Made by a program: the position numbers and the translations under genes. Below the pieces are notes generated by a model. That model searched no databases. It was not told the DNA's origin and saw nothing but the letters and a program-made list of their open reading frames with translations. This document shows, piece by piece, positions 30,455 through 39,291 of a stretch of 64,000 nt of DNA (its first letter is position 1; each line of letters opens with the position of its first letter). Source of the DNA: Cyanobacteria bacterium P01_D01_bin.156 (GTDB taxonomy: Bacteria; Cyanobacteriota; Cyanobacteriia; Phormidesmidales; Phormidesmidaceae); the NCBI GenBank assembly GCA_039024555.1, contig JBCCQQ010000032.1, forward strand, positions 1 to 64,000, given 5' to 3'.

Positions 30455-32059
30455 CTAAACTAACTCTGATAAAAAAGCTCTATAACGAGCCATAATACGA
30501 TCTTCTGTTTGTTCTGTTATACATTCTCCCACATCTTTAGAAAAGTTATGGGCTTGGAGAGTTACACCTGGCACTAGATAAGTCACAGGCTCATCAGACA
30601 TAAATGAATGGTCTTCATCAACGTCTGGTGTCGCATACTGAAGGGAAGCTAATATTTTGTGTACAACAGTCTCTGGAGATCCTAGAGAGTCATGATGGAA
30701 AAAATCATATCTTGGCAAACGTTGTTCAGGACTTTTTGAATGGCCCATAAAAAACATATATAAATGAGCCAAATTACACAACTGACGAAATGGATTTATA
30801 TTTATGTCAATTTCTATCTTGCTTTCATAGCGATTAAAATATGAATTCAAATTATTTAAATTTGTTTTGGTATTAAGATTAGCTCTTGTTGTGAAAGAGC
30901 GCCGAATTAAACAGGTATAAATTGTCTGATTTAGATTATTACCAATAAACTCTGGAGAGGCAAGCAATAGTGTCATAGCCTGTCCATCATTAAGAGTGTA
31001 GTTTCCAGCTTCCCACTGATGATCAATGTATTTTGAAATATACCAATCAATTGCTGCGCTGTACACTTTTAGCTGTACACTTTTAGCCACACCACAGTAG
31101 ATAATATTTGAAGCACTAGAAGCTTGTAAACAGCTCAATAGCTCTCGAATAGCTTTTCGTGTGAACTTACCTCGACGATTATCGATAACAAAATTATCTA
31201 AATAAGCATCCTGAGGAAATAGGCTTCCGTCCCTAAGAACAATATCAGGTGGCCTTCTATCTGGATTTAAGAGAAAGTTGTGATCAAAAGTATATTGGCC
31301 CACATCCATCGCTGAAGCTAAGCATCTTTGGTAATCCTCTGGCTGCAGTTCTTCTTGATACGAAGGATCAATTAACATCCATTGCAATAATTCATCGTCA
31401 GGACGAGGATTAAATAAGGCTTCATATTTTGATCTTCCCTCTTGTATCTTTAAAAGAGTTCCCGCAGCATTATTTAAAACAAATGGAACACGCCTAGTAA
31501 AAAAGTTTGCTGGAATAGGAACAGCACTACAATGTTGACTTACATCTGAAGAACCAATCAGGGGTATAAGGTTATTCCATACAGTTTGATCAACACTAAT
31601 TTGATTCAGAAAATACTTTCCAACAATATGGTTTTCTAGGTGTTCACGAATTGCTTCAATATCAAATGGCTCAACTCTCCAGGAGCTTCCTCCTCTACGT
31701 GGAGCATGTATCTTAATTTGCTCGTAGGTCATACCAAAACCACGAATAGCGACCTGTGTCAGTAGTCTTGATAATCTAGGGGCTTTTGTTGAATCAGATT
31801 CTATAGTCTTCTTCAGGTCAGTTAGAAAATCTAAATATAATTCTCGTGGGTCTTGTTTTAATAATTGCTCCCGTGCAGCAGAAATCGTCGTTTGCCAGGC
31901 CCTTTCTGAGTCAACGATTTGACGCATGACGTCAAGTGTTCGAGTTACGGGGTCATAGCTAACGATACTGTCCTGATCGAAAACTTTTGCAGAGCCCATT
32001 ATCGAATTAAAATCTAGAAACAATTGACCCGAATCATCGCCATTCTGTTTTCTAGGCAT
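30455..32059 (-). CDS. NurA-like nuclease with N-terminal extension
   Basis: GSSDVS, LRDGSLFP, CGVAKS and C-terminal LQAHNFSK match NurA motifs in the expected order; lies directly downstream of herA. Confidence 0.7.
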   Translation of the reverse strand: MPRKQNGDDSGQLFLDFNSIMGSAKVFDQDSIVSYDPVTRTLDVMRQIVDSERAWQTTISAAREQLLKQDPRELYLDFLTDLKKTIESDSTKAPRLSRLLTQVAIRGFGMTYEQIKIHAPRRGGSSWRVEPFDIEAIREHLENHIVGKYFLNQISVDQTVWNNLIPLIGSSDVSQHCSAVPIPANFFTRRVPFVLNNAAGTLLKIQEGRSKYEALFNPRPDDELLQWMLIDPSYQEELQPEDYQRCLASAMDVGQYTFDHNFLLNPDRRPPDIVLRDGSLFPQDAYLDNFVIDNRRGKFTRKAIRELLSCLQASSASNIIYCGVAKSVQLKVYSAAIDWYISKYIDHQWEAGNYTLNDGQAMTLLLASPEFIGNNLNQTIYTCLIRRSFTTRANLNTKTNLNNLNSYFNRYESKIEIDININPFRQLCNLAHLYMFFMGHSKSPEQRLPRYDFFHHDSLGSPETVVHKILASLQYATPDVDEDHSFMSDEPVTYLVPGVTLQAHNFSKDVGECITEQTEDRIMARYRAFLSELV

Positions 32060-32065
32060 AAGTGT

Positions 32066-33670
32066 TTACGAGTGAGATTTTAATTGTGTGATTTTTGGTA
32101 TCCATGCAGATTGCATCTCATCAAAAATATCAGGTGTACTCCCCCCTTCAGAGTCTTTAGTATTTCGCAGTCTAATCTTAATAGGGATAGTATGCTTCAC
32201 GCTTTCATAAGTACCAGAAAGCAAGCATGTACCTCGAGGCATTTTGGGTAAGGCCCGTAGCATTTCATCTGTAGCATCCGCCTTTACGCCTTTGATAGCT
32301 TCAAGTTGATCAGGTTCCAGAGCAAAAACTAATCTAGTATTACATTGTCGAATCGTGCTCTTGTCAATATCTACTGGGCTTTGAGTTAAGAGCACCATAC
32401 AAATTCCATGGTGTCTTCCAATTCTGACGCCCTCTCGAATGATTTGCTTACATGGACTGCCTGAGCCTTCAGGGACAAAAAGATGAGCTTCATCAATCAC
32501 TGCTACATAGGGCGGAATATGTCCCTTCAACCGCAAAGTTTGCAATTCGCGTAGCACAGCAGTAGCTATTGGCTGCAGCTGCGAGGAAGTTAAGTTTTTA
32601 CAATTAATTGATAAGCACGGATACATTGACTTACGCCAGTCTTCTTTAGCGAAACCATTACCAAAAATAGGATTTCTTCTTAATGATCTTGTACGGCTAA
32701 TTGCCATAGCAATACTAGATGTTTTGTTAGTAAGATCTTGGCCAACTTCTTCCATTTTCTCTAGTAGATTATCTATAGAGAATTTAGCAATACCATCAGA
32801 TGCCAGTTCTATCTTTAATTCGGAAAATGCTCTTGCTGCAATATCTCGCTGTAGTTCAGTAGTTGCAGAAGGTAACAGAGTTAATAATTCAGATTCGGTC
32901 AAAGACGAAATTCGAATTGTAAAATCCTCACCTGGACGTTTAATGGTTCCTCCTAGCGATGAAACTAGCTTTGAATATTCATCTTGAGTATCAATAAAAA
33001 TCACAGGTAAATTATGTTTCTGAATTAGTTCTTCAGCCAGAACACCCATGGCATAACTTTTTCCGCTACCTGTTGTTCCACAGATAAAAAAGTGCCGCTG
33101 AATTGCAGCTTTCTTCAGAGTGATTTTTGTAACAGTACCACTAGTAGTATGACCAATGGATAACCCATCAGCTGATTCCTGTTCTAAGCCTAAAGTTTGT
33201 ACTATTTCCTTGATATCAGCAACAAATACTTCTGCACCAGAATTAGGTAAGTTTTGAGGGGCTCTCGTTTCGAATTCAGAACCATTTCCATTTTTCGAAA
33301 TCTCTTTTTGAAAAATCTCTTCAATTAAGTCAGCTTCAATTAAACGAAAAATCTTTGTGCTATCCTCCTCTCCAGGATAGTTTCTGGGCATCTTCAAAGT
33401 ATCTCTAACACCTATACGCTCCACACTCTCATTTGGATTACACTCATATGCACTCCGAACACGTCCAATAAGCGTTGTTTCCTCATTGCGTTGAACGGGA
33501 ATACGCACAAGTGTTCCTGGTTTTAGATCTTTTCCAGCCTTCAGCTTGATTTTTACCGTCTCGAATGTAGGTGTATTTTGATCAGAGATCACTGTCCCTA
33601 CAGACTCTTGAGTAACTTTTCCATTCGATTTATAAGAGTGGGTAGAGGTTGTAGTACTAGTGTCAGTCAT
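32066..33670 (-). CDS. HerA/FtsK-family ATPase with N-terminal HAS-barrel-like region
   Basis: RHFFICGTTGSGKS (Walker A), FIDTQDEY, VIDEAH (Walker B), IGRHHG, TQSP and QCNT. Confidence 0.9.
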   Translation of the reverse strand: MTDTSTTTSTHSYKSNGKVTQESVGTVISDQNTPTFETVKIKLKAGKDLKPGTLVRIPVQRNEETTLIGRVRSAYECNPNESVERIGVRDTLKMPRNYPGEEDSTKIFRLIEADLIEEIFQKEISKNGNGSEFETRAPQNLPNSGAEVFVADIKEIVQTLGLEQESADGLSIGHTTSGTVTKITLKKAAIQRHFFICGTTGSGKSYAMGVLAEELIQKHNLPVIFIDTQDEYSKLVSSLGGTIKRPGEDFTIRISSLTESELLTLLPSATTELQRDIAARAFSELKIELASDGIAKFSIDNLLEKMEEVGQDLTNKTSSIAMAISRTRSLRRNPIFGNGFAKEDWRKSMYPCLSINCKNLTSSQLQPIATAVLRELQTLRLKGHIPPYVAVIDEAHLFVPEGSGSPCKQIIREGVRIGRHHGICMVLLTQSPVDIDKSTIRQCNTRLVFALEPDQLEAIKGVKADATDEMLRALPKMPRGTCLLSGTYESVKHTIPIKIRLRNTKDSEGGSTPDIFDEMQSAWIPKITQLKSHS

Positions 33671-33690
33671 ATATCACCTAAAATCATAGT

Positions 33691-34443
33691 TTAATCAAGA
33701 TCACAATGAACCGGAATCCCTAACTTACTTAGCGTTCGTCTAGCAATATCTGTATGAAAGCTACTTACTGAAAGGCCCGTGATTTGACTAACTAGCCATT
33801 TAGGTGAGATGCGTGTTTCATCAATCGATACATACCAAGATTGATAACATGTAGCTTTTTTATCTCCGGCAATAATTCCTCGCCTTGCTACATCTAATAT
33901 TTGATTTTGGGTTAAGTTAACCTCAATACCTTTGATGCATACTTTCTTATCTCTAGTATTTGTAGTTGAAACGCTATTTGTTTGTAATCGCAAGTTATTA
34001 CCATAGAGCCAAGTATGTAAGGTAGATAATTTTCTACCCATACCACCAGCAGCAACGCTAACTTTTAAGCTATTTGGAATAATAGCTTCGTACCCACTAA
34101 GCGCACCAAAATAGGCTTTTCCGAGACAGATTAGAAGATTCGTATAAACCTTTTTGTCAAGGAGATTCATAAATTGCGTAATAACTTGAAGATGTAAAGC
34201 TGTAGCCTGCTCTTTTGTTATGCGCTGATCATAGTAAGGTAATGGGTAATCACTAGAAATTAAACCGTACTTTGCTGAAAGAACCACTACATCTAAAGGC
34301 AAAATTGAACTTTGCCTTAAGTATCGACGTAGCAGGCGAAACGTAGGCCCATCGTAGCGATCAATAGCTGGCAAAGTTCCTTCGTCAAGTCGTTTACGTT
34401 GAGAACAACCTAGCAATAGTAGTCTTGACAAGTTTTCAACCAA
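33691..34443 (-). CDS. DUF6884/YaaA(DUF328)-like protein fused to a small C-terminal putative DNA-binding domain
   Basis: LLLGCSQRK..PAIDRYDGPTF..VVLSAKYGLI..YYDQRI, with C-terminal WYVSIDETRISPKWLVSQITGL..FHT..ARRTLSKLG. TTG start. Confidence 0.65.
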   Translation of the reverse strand: MVENLSRLLLLGCSQRKRLDEGTLPAIDRYDGPTFRLLRRYLRQSSILPLDVVVLSAKYGLISSDYPLPYYDQRITKEQATALHLQVITQFMNLLDKKVYTNLLICLGKAYFGALSGYEAIIPNSLKVSVAAGGMGRKLSTLHTWLYGNNLRLQTNSVSTTNTRDKKVCIKGIEVNLTQNQILDVARRGIIAGDKKATCYQSWYVSIDETRISPKWLVSQITGLSVSSFHTDIARRTLSKLGIPVHCDLD

Positions 34444-34451
34444 AGAACTGA

Positions 34452-34481
34452 TCAGCTAATGTAAGTACTTACATTAGCTGA
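34452..34481. promoter_or_regulatory. Perfect 30-bp palindrome directly upstream of the HerA/NurA/TGT operon
   Basis: TCAGCTAATGTAAGT|ACTTACATTAGCTGA. Confidence 0.7.
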
Positions 34482-34590
34482 CTAACCCTTAGACGATATT
34501 CTTCAAAATTATCACTGGCCAAAAAACTTAATTTACTTTTAAAGATTTAACTCTAAAGTAATTATTTTCTATGGGATTTCGAAAAATATC

Positions 34591-35370
34591 TTATACATGT
34601 TGCCTTCTCCAATCTTCTAGCCAAACTGCATCTTCATTACTCAGAGGAGGAATTGGTTCTTCATCATAATCAACCACCAGATCATATCCTGACTGATCAT
34701 AAACATCGCCCAGCAATATCTGTAAGTTAACGATAGGTTCCAATTCCCTTTCTCTCAACGGTAAAGGAAAAGCCGGGATTGGTTCTTGTAGATTAAACGC
34801 ATATAAGCTCGCCTGAGGGCGATTTAAACTATCACTGACCAAAATTCGATAGTGCGTCTTTATCTCGTCAGGTAATTGCACAATTGGGGGCCACTGTCGC
34901 AATAAATCAATTTCCACCAAACTTGTCGGACTTGCTAGAATCGTTTGGCGTTTGGCCTCATAGTTTCGGCGTCCTTCTCCAGGGCGTTTATTTGTCGGAG
35001 ATAAAACTTCGATCACTGTTACTACTTCACTTGTAGCAACATCGCGGATTTCTAAGTACCCCTGACGTACAACATCAGGCATCGGTAAATCGACTACGAT
35101 TGGCTGGGCTACAGCAACATCGTGGACTAATTCTGAATTAGCCGGTATCTGCTTACGCTTCGCTTTGTGCACCGTTACATCAGGAATTCCTACCAGGACT
35201 GAGTTTTGCTCCTCTGTCTGATAAATTGCTTCCTCAACCACCACGCGATACTTAGGCCGTAGCTGTGGGCCTAAGCTAATGGCAATGGCCGTAATCAACC
35301 GATGATGAAAGTTCGGCCAGGATCGGGGATGCTCCAGATATGGATCCATCCCAGGTAGAGGGGAAGGCAT
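34591..35370 (-). CDS. DUF4058 family protein (PD-(D/E)XK-like)
   Basis: MPSPLPGMDPYLE N-terminus, PDV, IEVLSPTNK and VEIDLLR. ATG at 35370 preferred. Confidence 0.85.
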   Translation of the reverse strand: MPSPLPGMDPYLEHPRSWPNFHHRLITAIAISLGPQLRPKYRVVVEEAIYQTEEQNSVLVGIPDVTVHKAKRKQIPANSELVHDVAVAQPIVVDLPMPDVVRQGYLEIRDVATSEVVTVIEVLSPTNKRPGEGRRNYEAKRQTILASPTSLVEIDLLRQWPPIVQLPDEIKTHYRILVSDSLNRPQASLYAFNLQEPIPAFPLPLRERELEPIVNLQILLGDVYDQSGYDLVVDYDEEPIPPLSNEDAVWLEDWRRQHV

Positions 35371-35473
35371 ATGTGTATTCCCGTTGACAGTACTCCTCAA
35401 TTCTAAGCAACTGAGCAAAATTGGACTCTAAATCTGTGCAACTCAGAGTTCGTATCTAAATAATGGATATTAC

Positions 35474-35809
35474 TTAAGCAACTCCGTACCCGGTATAAGG
35501 ACGTTTATACGCAGGATGCAATCCCAGAACAATATCGTCTTTAGGGATATTCATATCAATGAGTTCCCGACCGATATCAATATCAGTGGTGTTTTGCTGC
35601 AGCCAGATTTTGCCGTTTTTTATATCGAAGTGCAAAACGGTATGGTAAACCCGACTGAGTCCATTCCAGCCAACACGCATCAGTTGGTAATGATCGCGGA
35701 TAGTATCGAAGAATAGTTCGTTCTCAACGTCTTCATTTTGAGCTTGAAACCGGCTATGTCGCTCTAATAAAGTCTGAATGGCTGTTCGGTAAAGATCTAG
35801 CTTATCCAT
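35474..35809 (-). CDS. xisI: XisI family protein
   Basis: DHYQLMRVGW, HFDIKNGKIWLQQNTTD and IVLGLHP...RPYTGYGVA. Confidence 0.92.
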   Translation of the reverse strand: MDKLDLYRTAIQTLLERHSRFQAQNEDVENELFFDTIRDHYQLMRVGWNGLSRVYHTVLHFDIKNGKIWLQQNTTDIDIGRELIDMNIPKDDIVLGLHPAYKRPYTGYGVA

Positions 35810-36213
35810 TGCACGATCTCCTCAGAAATTGGGTTGTACACAATTATCCTAAGTTGATGTCGCTCTATGGCAACTTGAGCGAAGCGGCTCTGGAAAAAGG
35901 TTTCATAGATTTCAAATGGAACAGCTAGGTAAAGTTGCCGGTCAGGCTCTTTTGCTTCCAGCATAATTCTGTAATTCAGGAACTGACCTAGAGCGGTATG
36001 AAAATCGCTGATGGGGGACGAGCTAATAAAGCTTTTTATTTCAACAGCAATTTTTTCTTCATCCCGTTCGGCAGCGATCAAACGTTCAGCAGCCAGGTCA
36101 ATTTTGACTTTGACTTCTTCCCATGCCAGCTCTAGCGGATCGTTGGAAATATACCACTGTTCTTTTTCAAGGCCACGTTTGACAGCTTCGTGGAATATGT
36201 CTTTTGCACTCAT
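35797..36213 (-). CDS. xisH: XisH family protein
   Basis: MSAKDIFHEAVK, IDLAAERLIAAER, IAVEIKSF and ALGQFLNYR; overlaps xisI. Confidence 0.92.
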   Translation of the reverse strand: MSAKDIFHEAVKRGLEKEQWYISNDPLELAWEEVKVKIDLAAERLIAAERDEEKIAVEIKSFISSSPISDFHTALGQFLNYRIMLEAKEPDRQLYLAVPFEIYETFFQSRFAQVAIERHQLRIIVYNPISEEIVQWIS

Positions 36214-36278
36214 GAAGTTAGGGATGAGCGTTTACTGCCTGCATTACCAGAGATTGCCCCAATAGTTAAAGTATGCTT

Positions 36279-37298
36279 TCAACTGTTGAGCAATTTCTCA
36301 ACTGCTTGCTTAATGAATTCCTCATCCTCAGCATTCTGATAGGGGTTACCAGCTCGATGTCCCCAAATAGAAGGAATCACGACATATTGACTAGTCGGAA
36401 TCAGCTGTGCCTCAGCCTCGCAATCTTCGGGGGTAAAGTAAAGGTCCGTACTCGCAGGCATTACCAACGTTTTTGCCGTAATTGCCCCCATCGCTTTTTC
36501 ATAATCCCCTTCGTAGATCGGATTATCCCCTACATCACAGTGCAGCCACGTCTCAATCATCGCTAGCAAATTATGAGGGTCCCGCCGTCGATAGCCTGCT
36601 TCCCAGCTACGTAATAAGTAATCCTCTAAGGACTCATAGCCCCATTCCAAATACAGCTTGGCTTTGTAATAGGGCTGTGATGCTGCCCAGCTGGCATAGA
36701 TCTGGGTAAATGTATGAAATCCTTTTTCCGGAACGCCTTCAAACCGTTCCCCATTCCAGGCTGGGTCGCCCTGCAAAGCTGCCCTCAAACTATATAGAAA
36801 AATCCGATTGTGATCCGTGGTTTTCGCCGTGCCGCATAGGGCGGCAATTCGTTGCACTCGCTCAGGATATAGCGCTCCCCAGTGATAGCCCTGCTGTGCT
36901 CCCATGGACCAGCCGTATACGAGGGCTAACTGCTCAATTTCCAAACTATCCAACAGTGCCGCCTGAGCCCGCACATTGTCATAGTGAGTAAAGTAAAAAC
37001 CTAGTTTCTTAGCCGCCTCACAGTTACTGGGCGATGTGGAGAGACCATTGCCAAACATGTTTGGCATAATCACACACCAATCTGTTGGGTCTAAAATCCC
37101 CCCTGGACGCACTAACCAGTCCACATCGCTATGTTGTGCCCCATAGGATGTGGGATACAGCACCACATTACTGCGTTCAGCATTTAACTCTCCATAGGTT
37201 TGGTAAATTATCTCCACTTCAGGTAATGTTTCTCCACACTGCAGAGAGAAGTCCTTCAATACAAAACTCTTTGGAGATGTCATTGTTGATGCCTGCAA
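36279..37298 (-). CDS. MetX/homoserine O-acetyltransferase-like alpha/beta hydrolase
   Basis: YQTYGELN, FGNGLSTSPSN, GWSMGAQQ, DLYF and WGH. Confidence 0.85.
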   Translation of the reverse strand: MQASTMTSPKSFVLKDFSLQCGETLPEVEIIYQTYGELNAERSNVVLYPTSYGAQHSDVDWLVRPGGILDPTDWCVIMPNMFGNGLSTSPSNCEAAKKLGFYFTHYDNVRAQAALLDSLEIEQLALVYGWSMGAQQGYHWGALYPERVQRIAALCGTAKTTDHNRIFLYSLRAALQGDPAWNGERFEGVPEKGFHTFTQIYASWAASQPYYKAKLYLEWGYESLEDYLLRSWEAGYRRRDPHNLLAMIETWLHCDVGDNPIYEGDYEKAMGAITAKTLVMPASTDLYFTPEDCEAEAQLIPTSQYVVIPSIWGHRAGNPYQNAEDEEFIKQAVEKLLNS

Positions 37299-37330
37299 CT
37301 AACAATCTTATGCATAAGCTAACTATTCAT

Positions 37331-37359
37331 CCCCTCCCTGGAGGGGCAACGGGGTGGGT
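37331..37359. repeat. Short GC-rich palindromic dispersed repeat
   Basis: CCCCTCCCTGGAGGGG-CAACGGGGTGGGT, intergenic. Confidence 0.5.
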
Positions 37360-37383
37360 TTTTCAACACATGTAACCGAGCGA

Positions 37384-38343
37384 TTATCCTAACTCTGCAA
37401 CAATCTCTTGATTCACCCGCACATATCCTGAATCGACCCGTGTAAAGTACTCCTTCAAACTCTCATGGGCAGTGGGCAATGCGTGGAACGGAATCGACGG
37501 GTACATATGATGTTCAGCATGGTAAGGCATATTCCACATCAAAAATCTCACAGGCCACATTGTTAGAGTCGTGCGAGTATTTGTGAGGGGATTGCTGTCA
37601 TCTGAACAACCTGTATGCTCAGCAATGAGAACAAACCTGAGAAACGGTTGCCCAACTGCTAAGGGTAATACCCAATAGATAACAATAAACTCGGGATGGC
37701 CCAACAGAGTTGTTAACAAAGCGATCGCAACATAGGCTCCCAGCTGTAGGCGGGTAGATTGAATAACATCGCTATGGGAACTTTCCGGTAAAAAGTAACA
37801 GTCTTCCACATTGCCCAAAGCAATTTTGATATGCCCTTTCACCTTGTCACGCCACCAGGGAATGCCGCTCATTCTCCATAGATACTCCACCCGGTTTTCT
37901 GGCTTGGGATCATCTAGTTCAGGGTCTTTCCCGGCAATCTGTGTATAGCGATGATGCCACTTGTGATAGTACCGATAAAATGTGCTGTTATAAAATGACA
38001 GCAACCCTGCCCACCAGCCTACAATCTCATTAATCTTAGGGTTTGCAAAGGCAGTTCGATGCACACATTCATGGGTGGGACAAAACATCATGGCAAGACC
38101 AATGCCGTACACGAGCAGTGCTGGTATTTTAAACCAACCATCAGTGATTCCCCATAGAAAACCACTAACACCGAGCACTGCTAAATGGGCTGTAAATCTA
38201 ATAAAACCCGCACCGTCAGATCGCTCATTGAGAACCTTGAGTTCGCTAACAGCTATGATTTTATGGGGCTGAGCCACAGTACCCTGGGGAGATGAAACCG
38301 AGTCAGTTAACATGCTTGTAAACATTGATGGCACAGGCACCAT
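37384..38343 (-). CDS. Membrane di-iron fatty-acid-desaturase-family oxygenase (MocD-like)
   Basis: His boxes HECVH, HKWHH, EH and HAEHH, with TM segments. Confidence 0.88.
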   Translation of the reverse strand: MVPVPSMFTSMLTDSVSSPQGTVAQPHKIIAVSELKVLNERSDGAGFIRFTAHLAVLGVSGFLWGITDGWFKIPALLVYGIGLAMMFCPTHECVHRTAFANPKINEIVGWWAGLLSFYNSTFYRYYHKWHHRYTQIAGKDPELDDPKPENRVEYLWRMSGIPWWRDKVKGHIKIALGNVEDCYFLPESSHSDVIQSTRLQLGAYVAIALLTTLLGHPEFIVIYWVLPLAVGQPFLRFVLIAEHTGCSDDSNPLTNTRTTLTMWPVRFLMWNMPYHAEHHMYPSIPFHALPTAHESLKEYFTRVDSGYVRVNQEIVAELG

Positions 38344-38371
38344 AGGATTAGCTAATGTAAGCTTTTATGGC

Positions 38372-38420
38372 ACTTGTTATAACAAGTAAAAGTTAGCACA
38401 CCCTATCTGGTATAACAAGT
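38372..38420. promoter_or_regulatory. Tandem GntR operator sites
   Basis: Perfect palindrome ACTTGTTATAACAAGT (38372-38387) and second copy ATCTGGTATAACAAGT (38405-38420), between the divergent desaturase-like and gntR genes. Confidence 0.7.
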
Positions 38421-38460
38421 CTACGCAATATTTTGGTTTATCCTGACATAAGCTTGCCCG

Positions 38461-39189
38461 ATGTCGTCTGTTCCTCTGCATATCAGCATTTCTGAAAAAC
38501 TTCGCCAGCAAATCAAGGCAGGGGACTACCAGCCTGGGGAAAAGCTGCCCAGCGAACACCAGCTGATGGAAGTGTTTAATGTGAGTCGGATTACGGTTAG
38601 GCGAGCTGTTGCTAATTTGGTAAGCCAGGGGCTGGCAAAATCTCAGCAGGGTAAAGGGGTATTCGTCACGCCACAAAAGAAGGTGGCCTACTCCCTAGCT
38701 AGTCCCTTAATCTTTTTAGAGCAAGACCTGGCGCGTAAAGGTATTCAATTTACATTTGAGAGCCTTACTTTAAAGAAAATACGAACACCCAAGACGGTGC
38801 AGCCGATTTTGCAACTGTCGGGCAAGTCAATGGTTTATTTTCAAAAAAAACTGTTGAGTATGGATGGTGCCGTGGGTGCCATTGATGAAAGTTATATTGT
38901 CTCTGAGTTGGGGCAGCAGTTAAGGCCGCAGCTTAAGCAGCAAATGACATTTCCCACACTAGAGGCTCATGGTGTTGTGATTGAACAGATTGATGCTGTT
39001 ATCGAATGTACCCATGCTGATTATGAGATGAGTGGATATTTGGAAGTACCCCTTGGTCAGCCGCTGATTGTGTATCGTTATACGGCACATACTGACAATC
39101 AGCAGCCTATCTTATATGGAGAAACAATTTCACGAGCCGATCGTTTCTGTTACTCTCTTTCCCAGAAAAGGATGTTCCCAGATTCGTAG
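38461..39189 (+). CDS. GntR family (HutC/UTRA) transcriptional regulator
   Basis: LPSEHQL..FNVSRITVRRAV..L...G...QGKGVFV plus a UTRA-sized C-terminus. Confidence 0.92.
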   Translation: MSSVPLHISISEKLRQQIKAGDYQPGEKLPSEHQLMEVFNVSRITVRRAVANLVSQGLAKSQQGKGVFVTPQKKVAYSLASPLIFLEQDLARKGIQFTFESLTLKKIRTPKTVQPILQLSGKSMVYFQKKLLSMDGAVGAIDESYIVSELGQQLRPQLKQQMTFPTLEAHGVVIEQIDAVIECTHADYEMSGYLEVPLGQPLIVYRYTAHTDNQQPILYGETISRADRFCYSLSQKRMFPDS

Positions 39190-39291
39190 CGTCACTTGTG
39201 ACTGTGTGCAAAAGTGGTGATCTTTATCTGTTTGCGTTATGGATGATGTTAAGCGTCAAAGCTTTTGGCGCTTGATACGTCGATTAGTGAT

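Noticed and set aside
35474..36213. An fdxN-type excision element
   Set aside because: No xisF recombinase or interrupted gene is nearby; xisH/xisI pairs are commonly dispersed in cyanobacteria.
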